Shown: positions 8,934 through 19,030 of the stretch, piece after piece
Layout of the letters: each line of letters opens with the position of its first letter
How positions within the stretch are numbered: position 1 is the stretch's first letter
Assembly: GCA_046704725.1 (NCBI GenBank)
Contig: JBJKRI010000005.1
Coordinates: 192,001 to 256,000 of the forward strand
Direction of reading: 5' to 3'
Length of the DNA stretch: 64,000 nucleotides
DNA from: Candidatus Woesearchaeota archaeon
Lineage (GTDB): Archaea > Nanobdellota > Nanobdellia > Woesearchaeales > SKIA01
Notes under the pieces: generated by a model
Database searches by the model: none
Told to the model about the DNA's origin: nothing
The model's input: the letters and a program-made list of their open reading frames with translations, nothing else
Translations under genes and position numbers: made by a program

Positions 8934-10263
8934 GCAATGGATCCGCGACGACATGCGCCGGTTCATCGCCAGCCACCTGCCCGCGACAAAGAACACGAGC
9001 CCCGCGCGCCTCGAGGACCACGGGCAGATCACGCACAAGGACTATGACACGCTCATCCGGCGCCTGCTCACACAGGACCGGTACGCGGACGCGACGCAGG
9101 CGTTCAAGGAGCTGCGCGACACGTTCGAAGGGCTTCCGATGGATCATCAGGAAGAGCGCAAGCAGTACTACCGCATCCTCCAGCGCGCGTACAAGCAGAT
9201 CTACGACTACGTCGCGGACAAGCACAAGACCGCCCGCATCATGGCGCAGCTCTCGCAGGACGCGAACGTGTTCGACAAGAACGTCGCGCCCGTGGACCTG
9301 GACCAAGAGCGCACAGGGATGCCCATGCCGAGCATCGAGGACGCGATGGTCAGCCGCGGAAAGGAGAAAGCGGAAGAGCAGCACATCACCGTGACCGTGC
9401 AGCAGATGCCAGCACCGGCCGCACCGATCGCTGCGACCCCTCCCCCTGCGCCGGAGCATCACGCGGAACCAATCACGTCGACCTCTGTGCGCGAACCGCC
9501 GGTCCAGCACGCGCCGACGCCTCCCGTGCCAAAAGCGATCCCATCCCTTCCGCCGGCCTCCGACCTGCCGAAGCGTTCCCCACATCCTGTGCCGCAACCA
9601 CCGTCTCCCGCTCCGAAAGCGCAGGCGCAGAAACCATTGCCGTCGCACGTGCCGGACCTATCGGGGATGAAGCGCTCACACCACGAACTGCATATCCACG
9701 ACTCGCCCCCACCGCTACATCACGCGCTGCGAACCGAACCGCACGAGAAGAGCGTGCGCGACATCCTGCACGACGCCTTCCGGGAGCGCGAGAGCCACCC
9801 GAATCCCGCCTGGCATCCTCCGAAGCTGCACGTGCCACCACCGAAGAGGATCGAGCGCCCCGCGCACGAGGACCGACGCAGCATCCAGCTCCTCTCGGCC
9901 CAGACGCTCCTGCATGAGGCGCAGCGCTCGCTGCAAGGCAAGAACGCGAAGAGCGCGCAGGAGAAGCTCCTCGAAGCCCGCTTCGAGCTCGCGCGTGCGG
10001 GCGGGGACGACGCGATGCGCACGCATCTTGAACGGCTCGAGCGCGACGTCGCGCAGCAGATAGACAAGGAACGCCCGCGGGTGCGCGACGTGGAACTGTT
10101 CTCGAGCGCCTACCTGCAAGGAGTGCAGGCGATGGCGGCGGGAGACTACAGCAAGGCCGCGGAACTCTTCAGCCGCCGCATACAGCAGACACCGTTCGAC
10201 CGCGCGGCCCGGATACGGCTCGCAGAATGCATGGAGGTACTCAATGGCAAAGACGCTCGATAG
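8923..10263 (+). CDS. Pilus-locus accessory protein, Pro-rich linker and C-terminal TPR-like repeats
   Basis: Helical N-terminus, long P/H-rich middle, YLQGVQAMAAGDYSKAAELF TPR-like tail; overlaps neighbours. Confidence 0.7.
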   Translation: MELEQWIRDDMRRFIASHLPATKNTSPARLEDHGQITHKDYDTLIRRLLTQDRYADATQAFKELRDTFEGLPMDHQEERKQYYRILQRAYKQIYDYVADKHKTARIMAQLSQDANVFDKNVAPVDLDQERTGMPMPSIEDAMVSRGKEKAEEQHITVTVQQMPAPAAPIAATPPPAPEHHAEPITSTSVREPPVQHAPTPPVPKAIPSLPPASDLPKRSPHPVPQPPSPAPKAQAQKPLPSHVPDLSGMKRSHHELHIHDSPPPLHHALRTEPHEKSVRDILHDAFRERESHPNPAWHPPKLHVPPPKRIERPAHEDRRSIQLLSAQTLLHEAQRSLQGKNAKSAQEKLLEARFELARAGGDDAMRTHLERLERDVAQQIDKERPRVRDVELFSSAYLQGVQAMAAGDYSKAAELFSRRIQQTPFDRAARIRLAECMEVLNGKDAR

Positions 10264-11935
10264 CTACACCGTCACCGTGAACGACATCATGGTGGACATC
10301 AGTATCCAGGAGGAGGAAGGAGAGCCGGTACCGCTCTACAGCCTGTCCATCACGAACATCAGCGAGACGACAAAGCTCATCCTCGAGAAGATCCGCCAGG
10401 AGTTCGTCAGCGAACTGGACACGAAGCAGATCGAGGAGGCGGAGGAGGAGCAGGGCGTCGACTACATCCGACAGCATTTCGAGGAGGAGATCAAGAAGCT
10501 CATCAAGAAGTACTTCCCCGAAGCGGACGAGCAGACCATGGACATGCTCGTCAACTACCTCGTCGAGGAGAACCTCGGCCTGGGGAAGATCGAGATCCTC
10601 CTGCACGACCCGAACCTCGAGGAGATCGTCATCAACAACGCGGAAGAACCGGTCTGGGTCTATCACCGCAAGCACGCATGGCTCAAGACGAATATCCGCA
10701 TCCTGTCGGAATCGCGTATCAGGCACTACGCGATGCAGATCGGCCGCGGAGTCGGAAAAGAGATCACGAGCCTCGCACCGCTCATGGACGCCCACCTGTC
10801 GAGCGGGGACCGTGTCAACGCGACCCTGTACCCCATCAGCAGCAAGGGAAACACCATCACCATCAGGAAGTTCGCCGACGACCCATGGACCATCACGAAG
10901 TTCATCAAGGAAGGGACCATCAGCTTCACCGCGGCAGCGCTCATCTGGCTGGCCATCCAGAACGAGCTGTCCATCCTCATCGCGGGCGGCACGGGCAGCG
11001 GAAAGACGAGCATGCTCAACGTGATTGCGAACTTCTTCCCGCCCAACCAGCGCATCCTCTCCATCGAGGACACGCGCGAGTTGACATTGCCGAACACCTT
11101 GCACTGGGTCCCGATGGAGACGCGCCTCGCTAATCCTGAAGGGAAAGGCGAGGTGACGATGCTCGACCTGCTCGTCAACAGCCTGCGTATGCGTCCCGAC
11201 CGCATCATCGTGGGAGAGATCAGACGGAAGCGTGAAGCGGAGGTATTGCTCGAGGCCATCCACACCGGACACTCCGTCTACGGCACCATCCACGCGAACG
11301 ACGCCGACGAGGTCGTCACACGATTGACGAACGACCCGATCGGCATCCCGAAACCCATGATCAGCAGCCTCGGGCTCGTCGTCGTGCAGAACAGGAACCG
11401 CCGGACGGGAAAGCGCCGCACCCTGCAGATCGCCGAGATACTTGGCACCGGGGACCCGAACGTGCTCCTGCAGCTCGACATCTTCAACGACCGACTCGTC
11501 AAGATCCGCGACTCGGAAGCGGTGATGGAGAAGCTGCGGCTGTACACCGGCATGTCCCCCGACCAGCTCTCCAAGGACCTCGAGGAGAAGGTACGCATCC
11601 TCAAGTGGATGCTGTTCGCCGGCAAGGAGGACGTCAATGAGATCGGCCTCATCATGAGCGACTACTATCGCGGCGAGCTCGACATCTCCCAGCGCGAGGC
11701 GGAGCTGCACGCGCGGCAACAGGCGCTCCCCTCCGAGCTCAAGAACCCTGCAGCCTCTCCTGGATCCGCTGCGTCCGGACCGCACAATAGCAAACCGGCG
11801 ATTCCTGCGCAGCACAACCCTGCAGCGTCCCCCAAGCCCGCCGCGTCCGGACCGCATAATCCACAACAGGCGCATCCCGCAGAGCACAAGCCTTCCGGCG
11901 CCTCCCCCGGGAAGCCGCCGGAGACAAAGAAGTGA
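10244..11935 (+). CDS. Type IV pilus/T2SS assembly ATPase (TadA/CpaF/FlaI family)
   Basis: Walker A GGTGSGKT, SIEDTRE, LRMRPDRIIVGEIR, HTGHS.YGTIHA. Confidence 0.95.
   Translation: MAKTLDSYTVTVNDIMVDISIQEEEGEPVPLYSLSITNISETTKLILEKIRQEFVSELDTKQIEEAEEEQGVDYIRQHFEEEIKKLIKKYFPEADEQTMDMLVNYLVEENLGLGKIEILLHDPNLEEIVINNAEEPVWVYHRKHAWLKTNIRILSESRIRHYAMQIGRGVGKEITSLAPLMDAHLSSGDRVNATLYPISSKGNTITIRKFADDPWTITKFIKEGTISFTAAALIWLAIQNELSILIAGGTGSGKTSMLNVIANFFPPNQRILSIEDTRELTLPNTLHWVPMETRLANPEGKGEVTMLDLLVNSLRMRPDRIIVGEIRRKREAEVLLEAIHTGHSVYGTIHANDADEVVTRLTNDPIGIPKPMISSLGLVVVQNRNRRTGKRRTLQIAEILGTGDPNVLLQLDIFNDRLVKIRDSEAVMEKLRLYTGMSPDQLSKDLEEKVRILKWMLFAGKEDVNEIGLIMSDYYRGELDISQREAELHARQQALPSELKNPAASPGSAASGPHNSKPAIPAQHNPAASPKPAASGPHNPQQAHPAEHKPSGASPGKPPETKK
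11744..11930 (+). repeat. Imperfect in-frame 72-bp (24-aa) tandem repeat in the ATPase C-terminal tail
   Basis: aaccctgcagc...gcgtccggaccgca.aat at 11744 and 11816; degenerate third unit from about 11888. Confidence 0.75.
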
Positions 11936-12738
11936 TGCTGAAGTACCTGACGAGCAAGTTCCCGCACCTCAAGCACCAGCTGCGCGTCGCGCACATGGCG
12001 ACCAAGCCCGAGGCGTTCATCAAGCGCGCATTGACGCGAGCGGCGCTCGGATCATTCCTGCTCAGCATCCTGCTCGCGATGCTCATCAGCAAGACGAACG
12101 GATCGTGGGGGCTGTGGGCGTTCGTGACCGTCGCGATGTTCCTCGGCGGCTTCTGGCTGGGGATGAAGAAACCGCTTATCCTCGCGCGCAAACGCGCCGT
12201 GGACATCGACCGGGAGGTGCTGTTCGCGGGACGCTTCCTGCTCATCAAACTGCACTCCGGAAAGCCTTTGGTGAACGCGCTCATCGAGGCGGCGCAGAGC
12301 TACGGGGTGGCGAGCAAGTACTTCGCCGAGATCGTGCGCGACATCGAGCTCGGGACGACCCTCGAGGACGCGATCGAGCGTTCGATGACTTACACGCCGA
12401 GCGACGCGTTCCGCAAGATCCTCTTCCAGATCCATAACGCGCTCCGGCTCGGCATCGATGTCACGCAGAGCCTGGAAGCGGTGCTCGAGGACATCACGAA
12501 GGAGCAACTCCTCGAGATCGAGCGCTACGGCAAGAAGCTGCCGAGCGCGACGCTGTTCTACATGCTCCTCGCGATCGTGTTCCCGAGCCTGGGGATGACG
12601 ATATTCACCGTCATCATGACCTTCACGAGCATCACCATGAACATGACAAGCTACATGGTCGTCGTCTTGTTCCTCGCCATCATCAACTTCTTGTTCATCA
12701 CCGTCTTCAGGGCGATACGGCCGAAGGTGAATATCTGA
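11932..12738 (+). CDS. Type II secretion F / TadB-like membrane platform protein
   Basis: Multi-TM, follows ATPase, EIVRDIELG..LEDAI. Confidence 0.85.
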   Translation: MMLKYLTSKFPHLKHQLRVAHMATKPEAFIKRALTRAALGSFLLSILLAMLISKTNGSWGLWAFVTVAMFLGGFWLGMKKPLILARKRAVDIDREVLFAGRFLLIKLHSGKPLVNALIEAAQSYGVASKYFAEIVRDIELGTTLEDAIERSMTYTPSDAFRKILFQIHNALRLGIDVTQSLEAVLEDITKEQLLEIERYGKKLPSATLFYMLLAIVFPSLGMTIFTVIMTFTSITMNMTSYMVVVLFLAIINFLFITVFRAIRPKVNI

Positions 12739-13790
12739 TGGCGAAACTGCAGGAGTACGCGGAGAGCTTCGGGCGAAGCATCATCCCGAAACGGTTCCGC
12801 GACCCCTTGCAACAGTACCTGCTCAAGGCGGGCTTCGACCGCGTGCCGTACAGTGCGTTCGCAGGCATGTTCCTCGTGGCGGTCGTCATCACCTACATCC
12901 TGTTCTTGTTCGTGTACCCCTTACTGTCGAGCCTCGCGATATACCTGCTCGCCGTCGTTACGCTCGCGTTCTGGGTGCTGTGCCTGGGAGCGCTGGTCGC
13001 GCTGGCCATGTTCTTCATCTGGACGTACCTGAACCTCACCATCTACAACCGGACGAAGGAGATGGAGGACCGGCTGCCTGACTACCTATCGCTGGTCGTC
13101 ACCAACCTGCGCAGCGGGATGTCGTTCGACAAGAGCCTCTGGGCCGCCATCCGCCCGGAGTTCGGCGTGCTCGCGCGCGAAATCACCATGGTGAGCAAGA
13201 AGGTCATGACCGGCAACGACACCGCGGACGCGCTCACCGAATTCGCGAAGCGGTACGACAGCCCGATCCTTCGGCGCAGCATGAACCTCATCATCAGCGA
13301 GATCGAGTCGGGCGGAGAGATCGCTTCTGTGATCGAACGCGTCATCGAGAACCTGAGAAAGACGCACCAGCTCAAGAAGGAGATGGCCGCGTCCGTCGTG
13401 AGCTACATGATCTTCATCAGTATCATCACGATGGTGCTCTCGCCGATACTGTTCGCGCTGGCGAACACCATCCTCAAGGTGATCCTGGGTTTCGCGGTGC
13501 AGATAGCGCACTCCCAGAGCGGCTCGGTCAGCGTCGGCGGAGCCGCTTCGGTCATCAAGACATTCGGAAAGCTTTCCACCGTGGGGGACCAACTGTCCCG
13601 GGACTTCCACACCTTCAGCTACATCGCCTTGGGCACCGTCAGCATCTTCGCGGGGATGATCGTGAGCATCATCGAGAAAGGGGATATCCGTGGCGGGGTC
13701 AAGTACATCCCTGTCTTCGTGAGCATCACCATGGTGCTCTTCTACTTCGCGAGCAGGATACTCGCTGCGATGTTCGCCGGGCTGCTCTGA
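12738..13790 (+). CDS. Type II secretion F / TadC-like membrane platform protein
   Basis: LPDYL..V.TNLRSGM...FG.LA.EI...SGGEIA. Confidence 0.9.
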   Translation: MAKLQEYAESFGRSIIPKRFRDPLQQYLLKAGFDRVPYSAFAGMFLVAVVITYILFLFVYPLLSSLAIYLLAVVTLAFWVLCLGALVALAMFFIWTYLNLTIYNRTKEMEDRLPDYLSLVVTNLRSGMSFDKSLWAAIRPEFGVLAREITMVSKKVMTGNDTADALTEFAKRYDSPILRRSMNLIISEIESGGEIASVIERVIENLRKTHQLKKEMAASVVSYMIFISIITMVLSPILFALANTILKVILGFAVQIAHSQSGSVSVGGAASVIKTFGKLSTVGDQLSRDFHTFSYIALGTVSIFAGMIVSIIEKGDIRGGVKYIPVFVSITMVLFYFASRILAAMFAGLL

Positions 13791-13870
13791 GCCGCTCTGC
13801 GGTCCACGGGGGAAGCTTTATATACCGTACGCCCCAGAAAGAGCGTAACAGATAGGTGAGGTTTTTCCAT

Positions 13871-14368
13871 ATGATACAACGAAAGGCACAAGCGGCGCTT
13901 GAATTCCTCTCGACGTATGGCTTTGCGTTCCTGATTATCCTCGTCATGATCGGCGCGCTGGCGTACTTCGGCGTCCTCAACCCGCAGCGCTTCCTCCCGG
14001 AGCGATGCATGATGGGCCAGGAGTTCAACTGCGCGGACCACTACATCGGCGTCTCGGCGGGCAGCGGTAACATGCTGGTGAACGTCTCGCTCACGAACAA
14101 CCTGGGCACGACGATCACGAGCCTGAGCGGCACCGCGAACATGACCGGCGTCGGCGGAGGGACATGCACCTCGCCGTCCACGACGGTCGCGAGCGGCGCG
14201 ACGTTCCACATGAACTGCGCACTGACCCTCGATACCGGCGTGACTGCATGGCCTGCGGTCGGACAGAAGGCGAAGGTCGAGCTCCAGATAAACTATAAGG
14301 AGCAAGGCAAGTCCTACTTGCACCCGGTGCAAGGAGAGGTCTTCGCGACCATCCAGAGCGCTCCATAA
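13871..14368 (+). CDS. Archaeal type IV pilin
   Basis: RKA/QAALEFLSTYGFAFLIILVMIGALAYFGVLNP class III signal. Confidence 0.9.
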   Translation: MIQRKAQAALEFLSTYGFAFLIILVMIGALAYFGVLNPQRFLPERCMMGQEFNCADHYIGVSAGSGNMLVNVSLTNNLGTTITSLSGTANMTGVGGGTCTSPSTTVASGATFHMNCALTLDTGVTAWPAVGQKAKVELQINYKEQGKSYLHPVQGEVFATIQSAP

Positions 14369-14409
14369 GCGCTTTTTTCTTTTCTTTTCTCCTTTCCCAC
14401 TTTATTCCC

Positions 14410-14880
14410 ATGGCACGACGCGGGCAAGCGGCACTCGAATACCTGTTCACCTACGGGTGGGCGTTCCTCGCCGTACTCGTCACTATCGGCGTGCTCGCGT
14501 ACTTCGGTGTGTTCAACGTGAGCGCGTTGCAGAGCAACGATTGCAGCTTCATCCCTGGCATCGTGTGCTCGGACTACACCATCACCCCGACGGGCGGCAA
14601 CCTCTTGCGGTTGGACCTGCGCAACACGTTCGGCGTGCCGTTGACCGTCACGGATGCTTATGCGAACAGCACGCCGGCGAACATGGGGTGCACCCCCGAC
14701 GGCGCGACGTTCCCCACGACCTGGGACGTCCAGGGACCGCTGAATATCAGCTGCGCCTTCCCCAGCGGGACCTACCATTCAGGCACGCGCTATGACTTCG
14801 TCGTGACCGTGAAAGCGACCCAGCAGGGCCAGACGTACCTGCACAACCTCACCGGGACGGTCTCCGCGTCCGCGCAGTGA
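14410..14880 (+). CDS. Archaeal type IV pilin (paralog)
   Basis: RRG/QAALEYLFTYGWAFL...LAYFGVFN. Confidence 0.9.
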   Translation: MARRGQAALEYLFTYGWAFLAVLVTIGVLAYFGVFNVSALQSNDCSFIPGIVCSDYTITPTGGNLLRLDLRNTFGVPLTVTDAYANSTPANMGCTPDGATFPTTWDVQGPLNISCAFPSGTYHSGTRYDFVVTVKATQQGQTYLHNLTGTVSASAQ

Positions 14881-14952
14881 GGATAATCTTTATAAATCAA
14901 CGCTCCATCCCCCATTATAGTCCTTCTCAGCGCTTCAGCACGGAAGAGAACC

Positions 14953-15588
14953 ATGGAAAACACCATACTCAAGACCGGTACGACCACGATGGGACTCGTC
15001 TGCAAGGACGGCATCGTCCTCGCGGCGGACAAGCGAGCGACCTCCGGCGGCAGCGTCGTCGGATCGTTCACGAAGGTCTTGCCCATCGGTGACCGCTTCG
15101 CGATCACCATCGCAGGCACAGTGAGCGACGCGATCATGCTGTCGCGGTACCTGCGATCGGAGATCAAGCTCAAGGAGCTGCGCAGCGGGAACGAAGTGAC
15201 TGCGCGGGAAGCAGCGAACCTGCTCGCGCAGTTCGTGTACTCGAACATCCGGCAGATGAGCGCGATCCCCGGGATCACGCACTTCCTGCTGGGCGGCGCC
15301 GACCAGGAAGGGGTCCACCTCTTCGACATCTACCCGGACGGGTCGATCAACGAAGTGAACGACTACTACTGTTCGGGATCGGGCAGCGTCTATGCGTTCG
15401 GCCTGATCGACGCGCAGTACAAGAAGGACATGACGGTGGAGGCAGCGGCCGACCTGGCGAAGAACGCCATCCGGTCGGCGATCACCCGCGACACAGCGTC
15501 GGGCAACGGCTACGACATCGTGGCCGTGACCCCGAAGGGCGTCAAGGAAGTGGAAACAGTCATTTTCCCCTCCCCCATCGACAGGTAA
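14953..15588 (+). CDS. psmB: Proteasome beta subunit
   Basis: KTG/TTT propeptide cleavage, AADKRAT, GSGS, RD.ASG. Confidence 0.95.
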   Translation: MENTILKTGTTTMGLVCKDGIVLAADKRATSGGSVVGSFTKVLPIGDRFAITIAGTVSDAIMLSRYLRSEIKLKELRSGNEVTAREAANLLAQFVYSNIRQMSAIPGITHFLLGGADQEGVHLFDIYPDGSINEVNDYYCSGSGSVYAFGLIDAQYKKDMTVEAAADLAKNAIRSAITRDTASGNGYDIVAVTPKGVKEVETVIFPSPIDR

Positions 15589-15618
15589 ACACGCGTCCGT
15601 TCGGACGCGCACACGCAC

Positions 15619-17514
15619 ATGAGCGAAATCATCAAGGAAATTCTGGAATTCATGCCGGCGGACGATATCAGCGACGCCGGCTTCGAAGGAGCGAACATCG
15701 TGCTCTACACGAAGAACAAGCGCTTCTTCCTCGATAGCCACAGCGCTATCCGAAAAGCGGTCGGCCATGTCAAGAAGCGTATCGAGGTGCGCCCCGACCC
15801 GTCGATATGCATGCCGCGCGAGGAAGCGGAAGCGGAGCTCAAACGCATCATCCCTGACGAGGCCGGCATCGACCAGGTCATCTTCGACGACCAGCGCAGC
15901 ATCGTCATCATCGAAGCCGAGAAGCCAGGCCTTGCCATCGGCAAGGGCGGCGAGACGCTGCAGGCAATCAAGGAGGGTATCACGTGGGTGCCGGTCATCA
16001 AGAGGACGCCGCCCATCAAGTCGCCTCTCATAGAGAATGTGCGCAGCGTGCTGTATCAGAACAGCGACTATCGCCGTAAGTTCCTCAACAAGACCGGACG
16101 CCGCATCTACGACGGCTGGAAACGGCCCCGCAAGCACGAGTGGGTGCGTGTCAGCTACTTGGGCAGCGGTCGCCAGGTGGGCCGCAGCTGCATCCTCTTG
16201 CAGACGCCCGAGAGCCGCGTGCTCTTCGACTGCGGCATCGACGTCTCGGCGTCGGGCGAGGACCAGTACCCCCACCTCGAGAGCCCTGACTTCCGGCTCG
16301 AGGACATCGACGCGATCGTGATCAGCCACGCGCACCTCGACCACACGGGTTTCCTGCCCTACCTGTTCAAGTTCGGCTATCGCGGACCCGTCTACTGTAC
16401 GCTGCCCACGCGCGACATCATGACGCTGCTGCAGCTCGACACGGTGAAGATCGCGCGATACGAGGGAGAAGAGCCGCTCTATTCGAGCGAAGACATCAAG
16501 CAGCAGGTGCTGCACACGATTACGCTCGACTATGACGAGGTCACGGACATCACGCCTGACGTCCGTATCACGTTCCACAACAGCGGCCATATGGTGGGAT
16601 CTGCGATGGTGCACATCCATGTCGGCAACGGGCTGCACAATATCCTGTACTCGGCGGACATCAAGTACGCGAAGACCTACTTGCTGTCGCCCGCGGTCAC
16701 GAAGTTCCCCCGTGTGGAGACGCTGCTCCTAGAGAGCACGTATGGCGGCAAGGACAACGTCCTGCCACCGATCGACGACCAGAACAAGATCTTCGCCGGT
16801 ATCATCAAGGACACGATCGAGCGCGGTGGAAAGCTTCTCATGCCTGTCCTCGGTTCCGGGCGTGGACAGGAGGTCATGGTGCAGATCCACCAGATGGTGC
16901 GCCAGGGCATGATCAAGCCCGTTCCTGTCTATGTCGACGGCATGGTCTGGGATATCACCGCCATCCATACGGCCTATCCGGAGTTCATGAACGGCGCGAT
17001 GCGCAACAAGATCTTCCAGAAGGACGACAATCCCTTCCTCGCCGAGTACATCAAGCGAGTCGGCAGCGCCAAGGAGCGCCAGGAGGTCGTCGATTCCGAC
17101 GAGGCGTGCATCATCCTCGCGACGAGCGGCATGCTGGTCGGAGGCGCGTCCGTCGAGTACCTGAAGGGTCTTGCGGAGCAGAAGAAGAACAGCCTCGTGT
17201 TCAGCAGCTATCTCGGTCCTGGTTCGCTCGGAAGGCGTATCCATCAGGGCGAGCGCGACATCGCCTTCAAGAAATCCGGCGGTGGCCAGGAGATCCTGCA
17301 CATCCGCATGGAGGTGCACAAGATTGAGATCACGGGCCACGCGGACAGGCGCGAGCTCATGGATTTCGTCAAGCACCTGCAGCCACGGCCCAGGCGCATC
17401 CTGCTCAACCACGGGGAGGTCTCCCGTTGCTTGGATCTCGCGTCCTCGCTCCACAAGAAGTACCGTCTGGAGACGAGCGCGCCCAAGAATCTCGATGCGA
17501 TCCGGCTCCGTTAG
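15619..17514 (+). CDS. Beta-CASP ribonuclease aCPSF1 (FttA) with N-terminal KH domains
   Basis: KPGLAIGKGG KH motif, SHAHLDH MBL motif, GHAD, LNHGE; conserved position after psmB. Confidence 0.95.
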   Translation: MSEIIKEILEFMPADDISDAGFEGANIVLYTKNKRFFLDSHSAIRKAVGHVKKRIEVRPDPSICMPREEAEAELKRIIPDEAGIDQVIFDDQRSIVIIEAEKPGLAIGKGGETLQAIKEGITWVPVIKRTPPIKSPLIENVRSVLYQNSDYRRKFLNKTGRRIYDGWKRPRKHEWVRVSYLGSGRQVGRSCILLQTPESRVLFDCGIDVSASGEDQYPHLESPDFRLEDIDAIVISHAHLDHTGFLPYLFKFGYRGPVYCTLPTRDIMTLLQLDTVKIARYEGEEPLYSSEDIKQQVLHTITLDYDEVTDITPDVRITFHNSGHMVGSAMVHIHVGNGLHNILYSADIKYAKTYLLSPAVTKFPRVETLLLESTYGGKDNVLPPIDDQNKIFAGIIKDTIERGGKLLMPVLGSGRGQEVMVQIHQMVRQGMIKPVPVYVDGMVWDITAIHTAYPEFMNGAMRNKIFQKDDNPFLAEYIKRVGSAKERQEVVDSDEACIILATSGMLVGGASVEYLKGLAEQKKNSLVFSSYLGPGSLGRRIHQGERDIAFKKSGGGQEILHIRMEVHKIEITGHADRRELMDFVKHLQPRPRRILLNHGEVSRCLDLASSLHKKYRLETSAPKNLDAIRLR

Positions 17515-18011
17515 AGAAGCGATTGCTGATAATACGCTGTCATGAACGGCCGGAGGGCCGGATCATGTTCTTGACCCTTGTACAAGGCGCGGAGCGCGCT
17601 GACGGGATTCCCGAAGGCCCGTCGCTGCTCTGTCATGTCCGGAGCCGGCTGGTCCGACCAGCGCGCGCGGTGCTCGGAGGCGAGCTTGTGCCGCTGCTCG
17701 AAGAGCCCGTGCAATGCCGTGTCGATGCGCGCGACAACCGCATCGTCCGCGTCCCGGATGCGGTTCTCCATGATGGTCTGCAGCCTGTCCGCGGAGATCC
17801 TGCGGAATCGCGGCCTCACTTGCTGTCCGGGAGTGATGTAGCCTGCGATGACGCCCAGGCGGGTCACCGCCCATCTGCTCTTGGATGTCAGGTTTTCATA
17901 GAATAACTTGAAGTTCTGCGCCCCTCTTTCCGGGTCGTAGAGCTGCGGCGACGAAAGGCGTCCTAGGGTCTCTATGGCGATGAATCTCGCAATCGCATCC
18001 TGGTCTGTCAT
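17511..18011 (-). CDS. Hypothetical protein
   Basis: ATG at 18011 downstream of TATA element; no recognised motif. Confidence 0.5.
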   Translation of the reverse strand: MTDQDAIARFIAIETLGRLSSPQLYDPERGAQNFKLFYENLTSKSRWAVTRLGVIAGYITPGQQVRPRFRRISADRLQTIMENRIRDADDAVVARIDTALHGLFEQRHKLASEHRARWSDQPAPDMTEQRRAFGNPVSALRALYKGQEHDPALRPFMTAYYQQSLL

Positions 18012-18107
18012 CCAATCGCAAGAATTTCGTCGTTTATAAATATAGTTGTTACTTCTCTGTGAGTACAATTCGCAATATTTATATATCATCGTCACTATTC
18101 AGTAGGT

Positions 18108-18575
18108 ATGAGATACGGTCTTGTGGGGATTGCTCTGCTCTGCTTCCTCTGCGGCATGCTCACCCCATCTCTCATCCACACGACGCAGATCCCGAGCTCG
18201 ACGATCGCTCCGGAACGGGCGTCCCCACAGGACTGGGTCTCCGAATCCAACATCCACGTCTACAGCGACAAGGTCGTCATTACCATCCCGAACGCGAAAT
18301 GGGCGACGTTTGCCAATACGAACAGCATGGACCCCGTGCTCGACCAGGGCAACTATGGCATCCAGATCGTGCCGACGAGCCCCGAACAGCTGAAGGTCGG
18401 GGACATCATCACATACAATTATCACGGAGAGCACATCATCCACCGCATCGTGCAGATCGGACAGGATGCCAACGGCTACTACTTCATCGTCAAGGGCGAC
18501 AACAACCCAGCGCCAGACCCCCAGCCCGTGCGCTGGAGCCAGGTCGAGCGCGTATTGGTCGCAGTGGTGTACTGA
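18108..18575 (+). CDS. Signal peptidase I (S26 family)
   Basis: NSMDP, LKVGDII, IIHRI, KGDNN motifs. Confidence 0.85.
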   Translation: MRYGLVGIALLCFLCGMLTPSLIHTTQIPSSTIAPERASPQDWVSESNIHVYSDKVVITIPNAKWATFANTNSMDPVLDQGNYGIQIVPTSPEQLKVGDIITYNYHGEHIIHRIVQIGQDANGYYFIVKGDNNPAPDPQPVRWSQVERVLVAVVY

Positions 18576-18576
18576 C

Positions 18577-18999
18577 ATGCTCGTCGGTCATCCCTTGGCG
18601 CTACGCCTTAGAGAGTCCCTCGGAGAGTCCGAGCCGAATATCGCTGTAGTAGTCGACGATGTTCTCGGACGGCCACAATCGAGCTTGCGTTATCACGTCA
18701 GACGGAAAGGCACGGAACTCGCCTACGGCAGCGTCGAGGAGCACGCAGGACATGTTACCCTCTCAGTAGCCATCCTGGACCGACGGATATTGTATGACAT
18801 CATCCGCGGCGTGAAGGCCTATGTCCAAGACAGGAACGACGAACGTTCCGATGAGGAGAGATACGACGATATCTACCTGCGAGCGATAAGCGATCCGTCG
18901 TATCCTACGGATACGGTGCTGAGCAAGTTGGCACGGACAGGGAGTCTCCGGACCCAGGATGAGAAATACATCGTCCGCGTGAACCTTCTCAGAGGATAG
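18577..18999 (+). CDS. Hypothetical protein
   Basis: ATG immediately after the peptidase stop. Confidence 0.5.
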   Translation: MLVGHPLALRLRESLGESEPNIAVVVDDVLGRPQSSLRYHVRRKGTELAYGSVEEHAGHVTLSVAILDRRILYDIIRGVKAYVQDRNDERSDEERYDDIYLRAISDPSYPTDTVLSKLARTGSLRTQDEKYIVRVNLLRG

Positions 19000-19030
19000 T
19001 TATAAAAGGCCGCGTTCCAGCCCGCATGCC

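Noticed and set aside
6933-14880. Archaellum operon
   Set aside because: No FlaH/FlaF/FlaG or archaellin signature; two Tad-like platform genes indicate a pilus
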